Source: Candidatus Vogelbacteria bacterium
GTDB lineage: Bacteria; Patescibacteriota; Minisyncoccia; Phycocordibacterales; XYD1-FULL-46-19
Reading direction: 5' to 3'
DNA: 64,000 nt
Assembly: GCA_903864935.1 (NCBI GenBank)
Contig: CAIPHT010000015.1
Span: 6,618 to 70,617, forward strand
Below the pieces are notes generated by a model. The model did no database searches, was not told the origin of the DNA, and saw only the letters and a list, made by a program, of their open reading frames with translations. Both the position numbers and the translations under genes were made by a program. Numbering within the stretch: the stretch's first letter is position 1; each line of letters begins with the position of its first letter. Of the stretch, positions 35,661 to 43,850 are shown piece by piece.

Positions 35661-36110
35661 TTAGAATAAACTCTCCACCACTTCTTTAATCACATTGCCG
35701 TCGGCGGCGCCTCTGGCTTCTTTGGAGATGGCGCCGATGAGCATGCCCATCTTTGTTTTGTCGGTGACACCGAGTTCGGCTTTTTTGGCTTCGGCGATTT
35801 TCACAATTTCTTCACGAGACATCTGGGCGGGAAGGAAGCTCTCGACAATGGCGAGTTCTCGCTTCTCACTCTCAGCCATCTCTGGGCGGTTGCCAATGGT
35901 GAATTGCTCGATCGATTCTTTGCGTTGTTTAGCGAGACGCTTGAGTACTGTGAGAGCCCCATCGTCGTCGATAAGTTCATCGGGTTTCTTGCCCTTGGCC
36001 ATTACTTCGCTAGTAAAGGCACTGACAATATTTCTAAGGGCACTTAAGCGCTCAGCTTCTTTGGCGAGCATGGCTTTCTTAATCTCGTCTTTGATTTGTT
36101 GGTGTAACAT
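35661..36110 (-). CDS. GatB/YqeY domain protein
   Basis: MLHQQIKDEIKKAMLAKEAERLSALRNI is a typical YqeY start. Confidence 0.8.
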   Translation of the reverse strand: MLHQQIKDEIKKAMLAKEAERLSALRNIVSAFTSEVMAKGKKPDELIDDDGALTVLKRLAKQRKESIEQFTIGNRPEMAESEKRELAIVESFLPAQMSREEIVKIAEAKKAELGVTDKTKMGMLIGAISKEARGAADGNVIKEVVESLF

Positions 36111-36152
36111 ATTATGTATGATTATGTCTAATATTTAGATAATAGCACAATT

Positions 36153-39100
36153 TTGAACAGATTTGCTATAATCTGGAGAATGATTACCGAAGAATTTAAA
36201 GAAGCTTATAAACGCTTAAACAAGGCCCAGAAGGAAGCGGTAGATACTATCGAGGGGCCAGTCTTGGTAGCGGCGGGGCCGGGGACAGGCAAGACGCAGA
36301 TCTTGGCCTTGCGTATTGCTAATATTTTACTCAAGACTGATGTTAAGCCTGAGAATATCTTGGCCATTACTTTTACTGAGTCGGGAGTGCTCGCAATGAG
36401 ACGACGTTTGGCTGAAGTTATTGGGACACCGGCTTATGCGGTCTCGATCAACACCTTCCACGGTTTCTGTAATGATATTATTAAAGACGAGCCCGAGAGC
36501 TTCCCCAATATTATTGGAGCGACCAACATTACAGATGTTGATCAGATTCGGATTCTCGAAGAAGTGTTGTCCGAAGGAAAGTTTTCTGAACTCGTTACTC
36601 GTAATGACCTTTTCTATTATCTGCGCGCTATACTCTCGGCGATCAATGAGCTTAAACGCGAGGGCGTGAGCGTGGAGAGATTCCAAAAAGAAATTAAACA
36701 AGGTCTAAAAGATTTTGAGAGTATCCCCGATCTTTATAATGAGAAGGGCAAGTATGCTGGTCAGATGAAGACGAAGTACGCGGATGAGCAGAAGCGTTTG
36801 AGGAAAAATGAAGAGCTGGGTGTTATTTATGAAGCTTATCAGGCCAAGCTTCGTAAAGAGAAACATTATGACTATACGGACATGATTAGTGAGGTGGCCG
36901 AAGTTCTCGCCGAGAACCCTTCGACAAGCTCAGGGCCGGCCAATCAGCTCCTTCTTAAACTTCAAGAGCAGTATCAATATATCTTGGTTGATGAGCACCA
37001 GGATACGAATAATGCTCAGAATAAAGTGGTTGAACTTCTGGCTAATTATTTTGATAATCCAAATTTGTTTGTAGTGGGAGATGACAAGCAGGCGATATAC
37101 CGCTTCCAAGGAGCCTCTTTAGAGAACTTTCTATATTTCAAACAAAAATATCCTGAGCTTAAATTAATTGTCCTTGAAGAAAATTATCGTTCGAGCCAGA
37201 TGATTCTTGATGCTGCGGATAGTTTGCTTTCTGGCGACAAGAAGCTAAAAGCAAAAAGTGGTCACGAAGACGAGCCTGTGAAACTTTGCGAGTTTAGCCA
37301 GAAGGCGGTAGAAGATTATTTTCTTGCTCAAGATATTTCTAATAAGATAAAGTCTGGCATCGCGCCTGAACAAGTCGCTGTCTTTTATCGTGATAATGGC
37401 GACGTCTTTGCTATTGCCAAAGCTCTTGAACAAGCCGGTGTCCCGGTGGTAATTGAGTCTAATCAGGATATCTTGAGCGATATTGATTTGCACAAGCTTG
37501 TTACTATATTTCGTGCGGTTGAGAAGGTTGGTGACGAGAAATTATTTGCTGAGACCTTACATATCGATTTTCTTAATTTCCCTCCACTTGAAGTTTATAA
37601 ATTAATTCAAGAGGGCTACAAAAAGAAGATTTCTATCATCGACTTAGCTAAAGATAATGAGGTCTTTTCTGCTTGGTGTGAGAAATTTATGAAGCTGGCT
37701 GGTGTGGCGAAGAATGAAGGCTTGGCCGAATGCTTCGAACATATTGTTCGCGAGAGTGGATTCTTGAATTACCTTTTGTCTAAACCCGAGACGGTCGAGA
37801 AACTTGAGAAATTGAATGGCTTATTCACTGAAGCCAAGGGCTTAATCGAAAGGCATAAAGAAGGGCGGTTGTCTGATTTTATTAGCTATCTCGATCTTCT
37901 CTCTACCCACAACATCTTACTTAAGAAAAGTGCTGAGGCCGTTGCTTCGAAGAGAGTAAGGTTGATGACTGCTCATAAGTCTAAGGGCTTGGAGTTTGAA
38001 CATGTCTATATCACCTATGCTTATGACGGTCACTGGGGCAATAAGAAAAAACGTGACTTAATAAAATTGCCGAGACATATTTTTTCCCTTACCGAAGATA
38101 AGGCTGTCGAAGAAGACCCTTCGACTACGCTCAGGGCAAGCAACGATGATGAGAGGAGGTTATTCTATGTTGCTTTAACTCGAGCCAAGAAGACGGCCAC
38201 AATTACTTATTCGCGCCAAGATGAGAATAAACGGGAATTATTGCCATCGCAATTTATTAGTGAGCTTAAGCCCGAACTCGTAGAGAAGATGGATGTGTCT
38301 AAATATGAACAGAGTTTTGCTGAGCATCCCGAGATAATTTTTTCTCCGCGGATTTCTAAATCTGTCTCGGTGCAAGATAAGGAGTTCGTTAAGACTCTTT
38401 TTGAAGAACGGGGTCTGGCCGTGACTCATCTCAATAATTATCTTAAATGTCCGTGGAATTATTTTTATACTAATCTTTTGCGTCTGCCTAAGGCGCAGGC
38501 CCCACACTTAATGTTTGGGACGGCGATTCATGGGGCGCTCGAAGATTTTTTCAAGAAGTTTGGCGGAGATGAAGATCCTGACAAATCGTATCTGTTGGCA
38601 CGTTTTGAAGATTACTTAAGCAAGCAACCGCTCATGGCGCGCGATTACGGTTCTCTCTTGGAGCGAGGAGAGAGGGATCTTGGTGGTTATTATGACTTCT
38701 GGCAAGGACAATGGCGCACACGAGTTCTCACTGAATTTAATATTCCTGGAGTGGTGCTTACTCCGGAGATTCGTCTGACTGGTAAGGTAGACAAGATGGA
38801 ATTCTTTGGTGATGGAGGAGAAGTTAACGTCGTTGATTATAAAACTGGCAAGCCTAAGACTCGCGGTTATGTGGAGGGTAGCACTAAGAATTCTGAAGGG
38901 GATATCAAGCGCCAAATTGTTTTTTATAAATTATTACTCGACAATTATATGGATGGCAAATATAAGATGGTGAGTGCCACTATTGATTTTGTCGAACCGG
39001 ATGAGAAAGGCAAATATAAGCAGGAAAACTTCACGGTAATGCGTGAAGAGGAAGAGGAATTAACTGCTCTAATTAAAAAAGTCTCAGCCGAAATCTTGAA

Positions 39101-39173
39101 TCTCGACTTCTGGGACAAAAAATGTGATGACCCGGATTGCGAATTTTGCTCTCTTCGCGAGATGATGCAATAA
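36153..39173 (+). CDS. UvrD/PcrA-family helicase fused to a C-terminal PD-(D/E)xK nuclease with an Fe-S cysteine cluster (AddA/AddB-like single-chain helicase-nuclease)
   Basis: Walker A AAGPGTGKTQ, helicase motifs (DEHQDTN, VVGDDKQAIYRFQGA), a C-terminal VVDYKTGKPK...QIVFYKLLL nuclease core, and CDDPDCEFC at the C-terminus. The true start may be the ATG at 36180 after a TATAAT at 36165-70. Confidence 0.8.
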   Translation: MNRFAIIWRMITEEFKEAYKRLNKAQKEAVDTIEGPVLVAAGPGTGKTQILALRIANILLKTDVKPENILAITFTESGVLAMRRRLAEVIGTPAYAVSINTFHGFCNDIIKDEPESFPNIIGATNITDVDQIRILEEVLSEGKFSELVTRNDLFYYLRAILSAINELKREGVSVERFQKEIKQGLKDFESIPDLYNEKGKYAGQMKTKYADEQKRLRKNEELGVIYEAYQAKLRKEKHYDYTDMISEVAEVLAENPSTSSGPANQLLLKLQEQYQYILVDEHQDTNNAQNKVVELLANYFDNPNLFVVGDDKQAIYRFQGASLENFLYFKQKYPELKLIVLEENYRSSQMILDAADSLLSGDKKLKAKSGHEDEPVKLCEFSQKAVEDYFLAQDISNKIKSGIAPEQVAVFYRDNGDVFAIAKALEQAGVPVVIESNQDILSDIDLHKLVTIFRAVEKVGDEKLFAETLHIDFLNFPPLEVYKLIQEGYKKKISIIDLAKDNEVFSAWCEKFMKLAGVAKNEGLAECFEHIVRESGFLNYLLSKPETVEKLEKLNGLFTEAKGLIERHKEGRLSDFISYLDLLSTHNILLKKSAEAVASKRVRLMTAHKSKGLEFEHVYITYAYDGHWGNKKKRDLIKLPRHIFSLTEDKAVEEDPSTTLRASNDDERRLFYVALTRAKKTATITYSRQDENKRELLPSQFISELKPELVEKMDVSKYEQSFAEHPEIIFSPRISKSVSVQDKEFVKTLFEERGLAVTHLNNYLKCPWNYFYTNLLRLPKAQAPHLMFGTAIHGALEDFFKKFGGDEDPDKSYLLARFEDYLSKQPLMARDYGSLLERGERDLGGYYDFWQGQWRTRVLTEFNIPGVVLTPEIRLTGKVDKMEFFGDGGEVNVVDYKTGKPKTRGYVEGSTKNSEGDIKRQIVFYKLLLDNYMDGKYKMVSATIDFVEPDEKGKYKQENFTVMREEEEELTALIKKVSAEILNLDFWDKKCDDPDCEFCSLREMMQ

Positions 39174-39511
39174 TAGATGTTGTGAAATTAGAAAATAACC
39201 AAGAAAAACATGACCCCATAGCAGACTTACGAGTTTGGCGTTTTAGCTATTCGGACGAAATACCAAAAGAAATTATTCGTGGTTCTGGACACGCAATAGA
39301 ATACAAAGTCAAGAAAACTTCCTGGATGATTCCTGTTGGGTGTTTATCCCTTTTAGTTTATTCTGGGAGGTTAGATGGGGAACTTAAGGAAGAAGCCGAA
39401 AGATTTATAGAAAAATTTAGTTCAGAATCTTTTAATCAACGCTTAGTTACTGCTGAAGACATCGCCGAAGCTAATTCTCTTATTGATAGAGTTTTACAAT
39501 CAATAAAATAA
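39137..39511 (+). CDS. Hypothetical protein (its start is uncertain; a GTG at 39182 is possible)
   Basis: ORF that overlaps the helicase 3' end. Confidence 0.3.
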   Translation: MRILLSSRDDAIIDVVKLENNQEKHDPIADLRVWRFSYSDEIPKEIIRGSGHAIEYKVKKTSWMIPVGCLSLLVYSGRLDGELKEEAERFIEKFSSESFNQRLVTAEDIAEANSLIDRVLQSIK

Positions 39512-39512
39512 A

Positions 39513-39552
39513 ATGTTATCAAAAATTGACGGTCGTCAAAAAGTGTTAACAT
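39513..39552. repeat. P-element copy P4, a 40-nt near-perfect palindrome atgttatcaaaaattgacgg|tcgtcaaaaagtgttaacat
   Basis: Its right half is identical to that of P1. Confidence 0.75.
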
Positions 39553-39586
39553 TGGGATTTATTGCTGGGCCTAATCTTTTGTGCTA

Positions 39587-39649
39587 GTTTGAGGTCAGAC
39601 TAGAAACTCAAGTGGCTCTAAGGGGCCCTAACTAGTGGAGGATTTTGTT
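39587..39649 (+). promoter_or_regulatory. Conserved leader R1: a possible promoter (TTGTGC...TAGAAA), a conserved hairpin ggctc-uaag-gggcc and the SD GGAGG. It is about 87% identical to R2.
   Basis: Aligned by eye to 40134-40206. The GGAGG-N8-ATG geometry is identical in both copies. Confidence 0.5.
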
Positions 39650-39862
39650 ATGAAAAATGGCAGGAAGAAACCGGTATTAAAAACCGGAACGAGGAGTCTG
39701 GCCGATGTCCATCTTCCTCACATGGAGACACCGCCCGTTCCTCGGCAGGCCATCCGTGGGTGTGGCGTCATTGGAGGGCGGTCTGTCTTACCTGATGACC
39801 TCTCCAGTGGGTCAGGTTTTGTCGCCCGGGAGATTGATATCCTCAAGGGTGACGAGAGGTAG
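39650..39862 (+). CDS. Small hypothetical protein (70 aa), cassette 1
   Basis: ATG 8 nt after GGAGG. High GC. Confidence 0.45.
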   Translation: MKNGRKKPVLKTGTRSLADVHLPHMETPPVPRQAIRGCGVIGGRSVLPDDLSSGSGFVAREIDILKGDER

Positions 39863-39878
39863 AGTTTTCAGTGTTTGT

Positions 39879-39906
39879 GCCCCGCGTCGGCAAGCCGACG
39901 CGGGGC
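39879..39906 (+). terminator. GC-rich hairpin T1 (gccccgcgtcggc-aa-gccgacgcggggc), near-identical to T2
   Basis: 13-bp stem. There is no strong T-tract after this copy. Confidence 0.45.
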
Positions 39907-39946
39907 AGTGTCATTTATAGATCACTTAAAGAAGGACAAGTTAACA

Positions 39947-39985
39947 GGTAATAAACTGTTCACGGTCGTGAGCGGTTTATTACCA
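39947..39985. repeat. P-element copy P5 (ggtaataaactgttcacgg|tcgtgagcggtttattacc)
   Basis: Imperfect palindrome with the core cacggtcgtgag. Confidence 0.55.
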
Positions 39986-39995
39986 TTCACAAAAA

Positions 39996-40035
39996 ATGTT
40001 ATCAAAAGTTGACGATCGGCAGGGATTGATAACAT
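39996..40035. repeat. P-element copy P6, a degenerate relative of P4 (atgttatcaa...ttgacgatcggc...ttgataacat)
   Basis: The arms atgttatcaa/ttgataacat are perfectly complementary, while the core is degraded. Confidence 0.5.
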
Positions 40036-40133
40036 TACCCCCCCTCATCATTCCTCGCCATACCCCAAGGGAGCCCCGCCTGCCTTGCGTTGCAAAGCAT
40101 TGCGGTCAGGCCGAGGTGTGGCGGGTTTTTTGG

Positions 40134-40206
40134 TTTTGTGCTAGTTTGAAAACAGATTGAAAACTCAAGTGGCTCTAACGGGCCCTAACCAGTGGAGGAT
40201 GTTGCT
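40134..40206 (+). promoter_or_regulatory. Conserved leader R2, a paralog of R1
   Basis: About 87% identity to R1 over roughly 75 nt, including ttttgtgctagtttga and aaactcaagtggctctaa. Confidence 0.5.
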
Positions 40207-40581
40207 ATGTCTCAGAAGAAGGTTTCAGTCAGGTTTTTGTACGGTTTTGGGTTCGACTCACCCCGCCGTCGTAGCGGGCCCACTGTTGCAATAAACCTCG
40301 GGGCGTTATTTAGCCTTGTCTATAGATTTGCCGAAGAGATATCTTTGTTGGCAGACAAGGAGGGGGGCTATTTCATCATTGAGGCCGTGGTCGACCAGAA
40401 CGGGGAGAATTTTTCTTCTAGACCTGACGTCAAAGGGTGGAAAGACTCATGCTTCCTCGGCCGAAGACAGGACGACTTTTGTATTCGAGAAGGGAAGCTT
40501 CTGGTCTCGAATAAAGAAGTCACTCCGGCAGAGGCCTCCAGCTTTGTTTGGAATAAGTTCAAGGAGGCTTCTAAGGGGTAA
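40207..40581 (+). CDS. Small hypothetical protein (124 aa), cassette 2
   Basis: ATG 8 nt after GGAGG. Unrelated in sequence to the cassette-1 ORF. Confidence 0.45.
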   Translation: MSQKKVSVRFLYGFGFDSPRRRSGPTVAINLGALFSLVYRFAEEISLLADKEGGYFIIEAVVDQNGENFSSRPDVKGWKDSCFLGRRQDDFCIREGKLLVSNKEVTPAEASSFVWNKFKEASKG

Positions 40582-40606
40582 TCTTGGTAAATTTGTGCCC
40601 CGTGTC

Positions 40607-40645
40607 GGCTTGCCGACGCGGGGCACCTTTTATTTTGTATCCACC
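40607..40645. terminator. Hairpin T2 (gccccgtgtcggc-tt-gccgacgcggggc) plus ccttttattttgt. It overlaps the 3' end of the convergent MFS gene and is probably bidirectional.
   Basis: Near-identical to T1. A T-tract follows. Confidence 0.6.
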
Positions 40646-41820
40646 AAGTCCCAAGCGAATTTGAAGCCGAGGAGCATGACGAGGCCGAGACAGATAAAAA
40701 TATATTTGAATTCGAACGAAGTAAGAATCAGCGAAACAAAAATTGGTCCAAGGAGATAAGAGAAAGGAACGCTGATGCGAGAGAGAGCCACAATTCCTGA
40801 ATCTTTGCCCGAGATTTTTTTGAACAAATAAGTCTCTTTCATAATCTCAATACTGGCGGCCCCGGTGCGGGTGATGAAGAGAAGGATGGCCCAGAGGACC
40901 CAATTGGTAGTATTCAAGAAAGAGCAGGCGATGGTTGAGGCGACAATAATGAGTATCCCGCCAATGAGAATCTCTTTCTCGCCAAGATATTTGTCAGCAA
41001 TACGTCCAAGCGGTAGCTCGAAGAGAACGAAGGGTAGAAGCATCACGGTGAAAGTGAGACCAATCTGTTCCCAAGATAAGCCAACATGATTGTGAAGATA
41101 TAGAGGCATATAAACGACCATCACGGCGTAGAAAAAATTAAGCAAAAAATCAACCACAAGAATCCGATGGATATTGCCCGCTTCGGGAATCCTCTTACCC
41201 CAGATATTCTTGAGGCTCGCCCAGACCGAAGCGCCTGGGACCACACAGTGGGGGCAACTCGTCTCCTTAAGACCAAGAGTGATGATTAAGAGAAGGGGGA
41301 TAAGGATAGTGCCCGCGAGTCCATAAACCAAACCATAATTGCCCGTGCTGGCGAGGTACCCAGCAAGAAAAGGTGAGACCAACCAAGCGAGATTGTAGAA
41401 AGTTGAGTAGACGCCGCGGATAAGACCGGTTCCCTGGTCGGTCGAGATATTCTCAAGATAAACATCAAGCACGTAGCGCACCAGGTAACCAAGTATAATA
41501 TAGAGACTGAAGGCTCCAAGCGCGACAAAGATCGTTGGGGTGTAGCCAAACATTGGTCCAGCAATTGGGAGAATGGAGAGAAAAGAAATAACCGTGAGCC
41601 AGAACAAAACTTTTCTATTTCCAAAATGGCTGATGAGCCTTGGTGTGGAGATCATCAGGATTATGGTAATGATTGAGGTGAAGGCGTAGAGGAAACCAAT
41701 CTTTGTTTCGGGAATATAGTTTGCGAGGAACGAAGAATTAATATAAGCCGGGAGCGAAGAATAGGCCGCCATAAAAACGGCACCAATATAAGTGTAGATG
41801 CGTAATTTTTTATTTAACAT
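40630..41820 (-). CDS. MFS transporter
   Basis: Twelve predicted TM helices. The MFS motif region GRIADKYLGEK is present. Confidence 0.75.
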   Translation of the reverse strand: MLNKKLRIYTYIGAVFMAAYSSLPAYINSSFLANYIPETKIGFLYAFTSIITIILMISTPRLISHFGNRKVLFWLTVISFLSILPIAGPMFGYTPTIFVALGAFSLYIILGYLVRYVLDVYLENISTDQGTGLIRGVYSTFYNLAWLVSPFLAGYLASTGNYGLVYGLAGTILIPLLLIITLGLKETSCPHCVVPGASVWASLKNIWGKRIPEAGNIHRILVVDFLLNFFYAVMVVYMPLYLHNHVGLSWEQIGLTFTVMLLPFVLFELPLGRIADKYLGEKEILIGGILIIVASTIACSFLNTTNWVLWAILLFITRTGAASIEIMKETYLFKKISGKDSGIVALSRISVPFSYLLGPIFVSLILTSFEFKYIFICLGLVMLLGFKFAWDLVDTK

Positions 41821-41845
41821 TACGTTTATTATAACGTAAAAAGTT

Positions 41846-43759
41846 TTAGACTTCTATCAACACGGGGAGAATGATTGGACGCTTGTGAGTTTTTTGGAAG
41901 AGGTATTTGCCAAGTTCTTCGCGGACAGTATTCTTCACATAATCCATATTGATAGGGTGCATCTTCGCGGCTGAGTCCTCAATACTTTTCTTTGTTAAGA
42001 TACGAACATAACGTAAGAGGTCTTGTGATTCTTTGAGATAGACAAAACCACGCGAGATAATGTCGGGTGATTTACGCACCTTGCCCGTGCTCATATCAAC
42101 CACAGCGATTAAGACAAACATGCCATCTTGGGCGAGGAGTTGGCGATCACGAATGACTACCTCTTGGACGTTACCGGTCCCAAGGCCATCCACCATCACC
42201 AAGCGTGAGGAAGTGGTATTCTTGAGCATGGTAATCTTCTGTCCGCCTTCTTGAATCTCAATGATTGAACCGTCGTCGGGAACAACAATATTTCTCTCGG
42301 GAGTGCCTATGCGCTCAGCCAGATCAGCGTGAACGCGGAGCATGTAATGATGACCGTGGGCGGGCATGAAGAACTTAGGTTTGATCATGCGGTGGATCCA
42401 CTCCAACTCGCCTTGATAAGCGTGACCGGAGGAGTGCACATCGGCAATGCCATAGTGCACAATCTTGGCTCCTTGGCGGGAGAGATTATCCTTGAGCTTC
42501 TGTACTGCTTTCTCGTTGCCAGGGATAACTGAAGAGGAGAGGAGGATCGTGTCACCCTTCTTTAACTTCACATTGCGATGTTCCTTCTGTGAGATACGCA
42601 TTAGAGCGGCATATTCGTCGCCTTGAGCGCCGGTGGCGAGAATGACAATCTTATTATCAGGGTAATTATCAATATCTTCGGAACTGATAAAAACATTTTT
42701 ATTAACTTTAAGATAACCAAGCTCCTTGGCAATCTCAATATTAGTCTTCATCGCGCGACCTTCAACCGCCACCTTCTTCCCTAATTGTTCGCAGGCCTCA
42801 ATAATGGAGATGACGCGCTCGAAGAGCGAGGCGAAGGTCCCGATAATAATACGACCATGAACTTTCTCAATGATACTCTTAAGATTCTTCTGAACCTCTT
42901 CTTCGGAGAAGGAAAAACCAGGCTTCTCCACATTGGTAGACTCGGCAATTAGGAGGAGATTTTTTTCTTCGCCTAATTTCTTGTAAACATCATTCTCAAT
43001 TTCTTTAATTTGTCCATTCTCGTGCTCAAGCTTGATGTCGCCGGTGACGATAATGTTGCCGTAAGGTGTCTCGACGATAATACCGATCGAATCGGGAATA
43101 GTGTGGTTGGTGGCAAAGAAGCGAACAGTAAGATCGCCTAATTTTAATTTATCTTTAGCCTCGATCACTTGGATGTTGAGACGGGCGACATGAGGGAATT
43201 CTTCTTGGCGTTTCTTAATCATTACGGCCGTGAGGAGTGAGGTGTAGATGGGCGGATTGCCCATTTTCTCCATTAAGTAGGGGATGCCACCAATGTGGTC
43301 GAGGTGGCCATGGGTCACGAGGAGGCCACGAATTTTGCTCTTTCTTTCTTCAAGATAAGTGGTATCGGGGATAACATAATCTACGCCCGGAACTTCTTCG
43401 CCGGGGAGGAGAAAACCGGCATCCACCACAAGAATATCGTTGCCGTATTCAATCATGGTCATATTTTTGCCAACTTCTTCAACCCCACCAAGAGGAATAA
43501 TACGAACATTGCCAGGAGCGAGTGGTGGGACCTTCTCTTTTGGTTTATTATTTTCTTCGTCGCGATTCTCGTTTTTGGCAAAACTAAATTTGCGTCCACC
43601 GGGAGATCGTCGAGGAGCGTGTGAGTTGTGGGGCGAACGGGGGGCATGAGGAAGACGAGGAGCTTGAGGTCCTTTGATTGCGGGAACTTTTTTCTTGCCG
43701 GCTTCGAAAGTTTCAACGTTGCCGTTACTGTCGACGCGCATGCGTCTGATTTTTAACAT
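41846..43759 (-). CDS. rnj: Ribonuclease J (metallo-beta-lactamase/beta-CASP) with a basic N-terminal extension
   Basis: HGHLDHIGGIPYL motif and beta-CASP architecture. The start was trimmed to MLKIRRMR because the longer ORF runs into hairpin H2. Confidence 0.8.
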   Translation of the reverse strand: MLKIRRMRVDSNGNVETFEAGKKKVPAIKGPQAPRLPHAPRSPHNSHAPRRSPGGRKFSFAKNENRDEENNKPKEKVPPLAPGNVRIIPLGGVEEVGKNMTMIEYGNDILVVDAGFLLPGEEVPGVDYVIPDTTYLEERKSKIRGLLVTHGHLDHIGGIPYLMEKMGNPPIYTSLLTAVMIKKRQEEFPHVARLNIQVIEAKDKLKLGDLTVRFFATNHTIPDSIGIIVETPYGNIIVTGDIKLEHENGQIKEIENDVYKKLGEEKNLLLIAESTNVEKPGFSFSEEEVQKNLKSIIEKVHGRIIIGTFASLFERVISIIEACEQLGKKVAVEGRAMKTNIEIAKELGYLKVNKNVFISSEDIDNYPDNKIVILATGAQGDEYAALMRISQKEHRNVKLKKGDTILLSSSVIPGNEKAVQKLKDNLSRQGAKIVHYGIADVHSSGHAYQGELEWIHRMIKPKFFMPAHGHHYMLRVHADLAERIGTPERNIVVPDDGSIIEIQEGGQKITMLKNTTSSRLVMVDGLGTGNVQEVVIRDRQLLAQDGMFVLIAVVDMSTGKVRKSPDIISRGFVYLKESQDLLRYVRILTKKSIEDSAAKMHPINMDYVKNTVREELGKYLFQKTHKRPIILPVLIEV

Positions 43760-43771
43760 AAAAGGGTGTGG

Positions 43772-43811
43772 CCCCCGCCAGACCTTAAGGGAGCCCAAGG
43801 TCTGGCGGGGG
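43772..43811. repeat. REP-like hairpin H2 (cccccgccagacctt-aagggagccc-aaggtctggcggggg)
   Basis: 15-bp stem, a member of the H1/H3 family. It lies downstream of the minus-strand binding-protein gene. Confidence 0.65.
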
Positions 43812-43850
43812 ATTTAATAATATTAATTAACTAATAATGTACATAATAAT

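Noticed and set aside
36165-36170. Full sigma70 promoter for the helicase-nuclease gene
   Set aside because: A TATAAT is present, but no acceptable -35 lies at 16-18 nt spacing. It is recorded only as a note on the helicase feature.
43295-43716. Small ORFs on both strands inside the RNase J gene region
   Set aside because: They are embedded in the well-supported rnj coding sequence and have no motifs.
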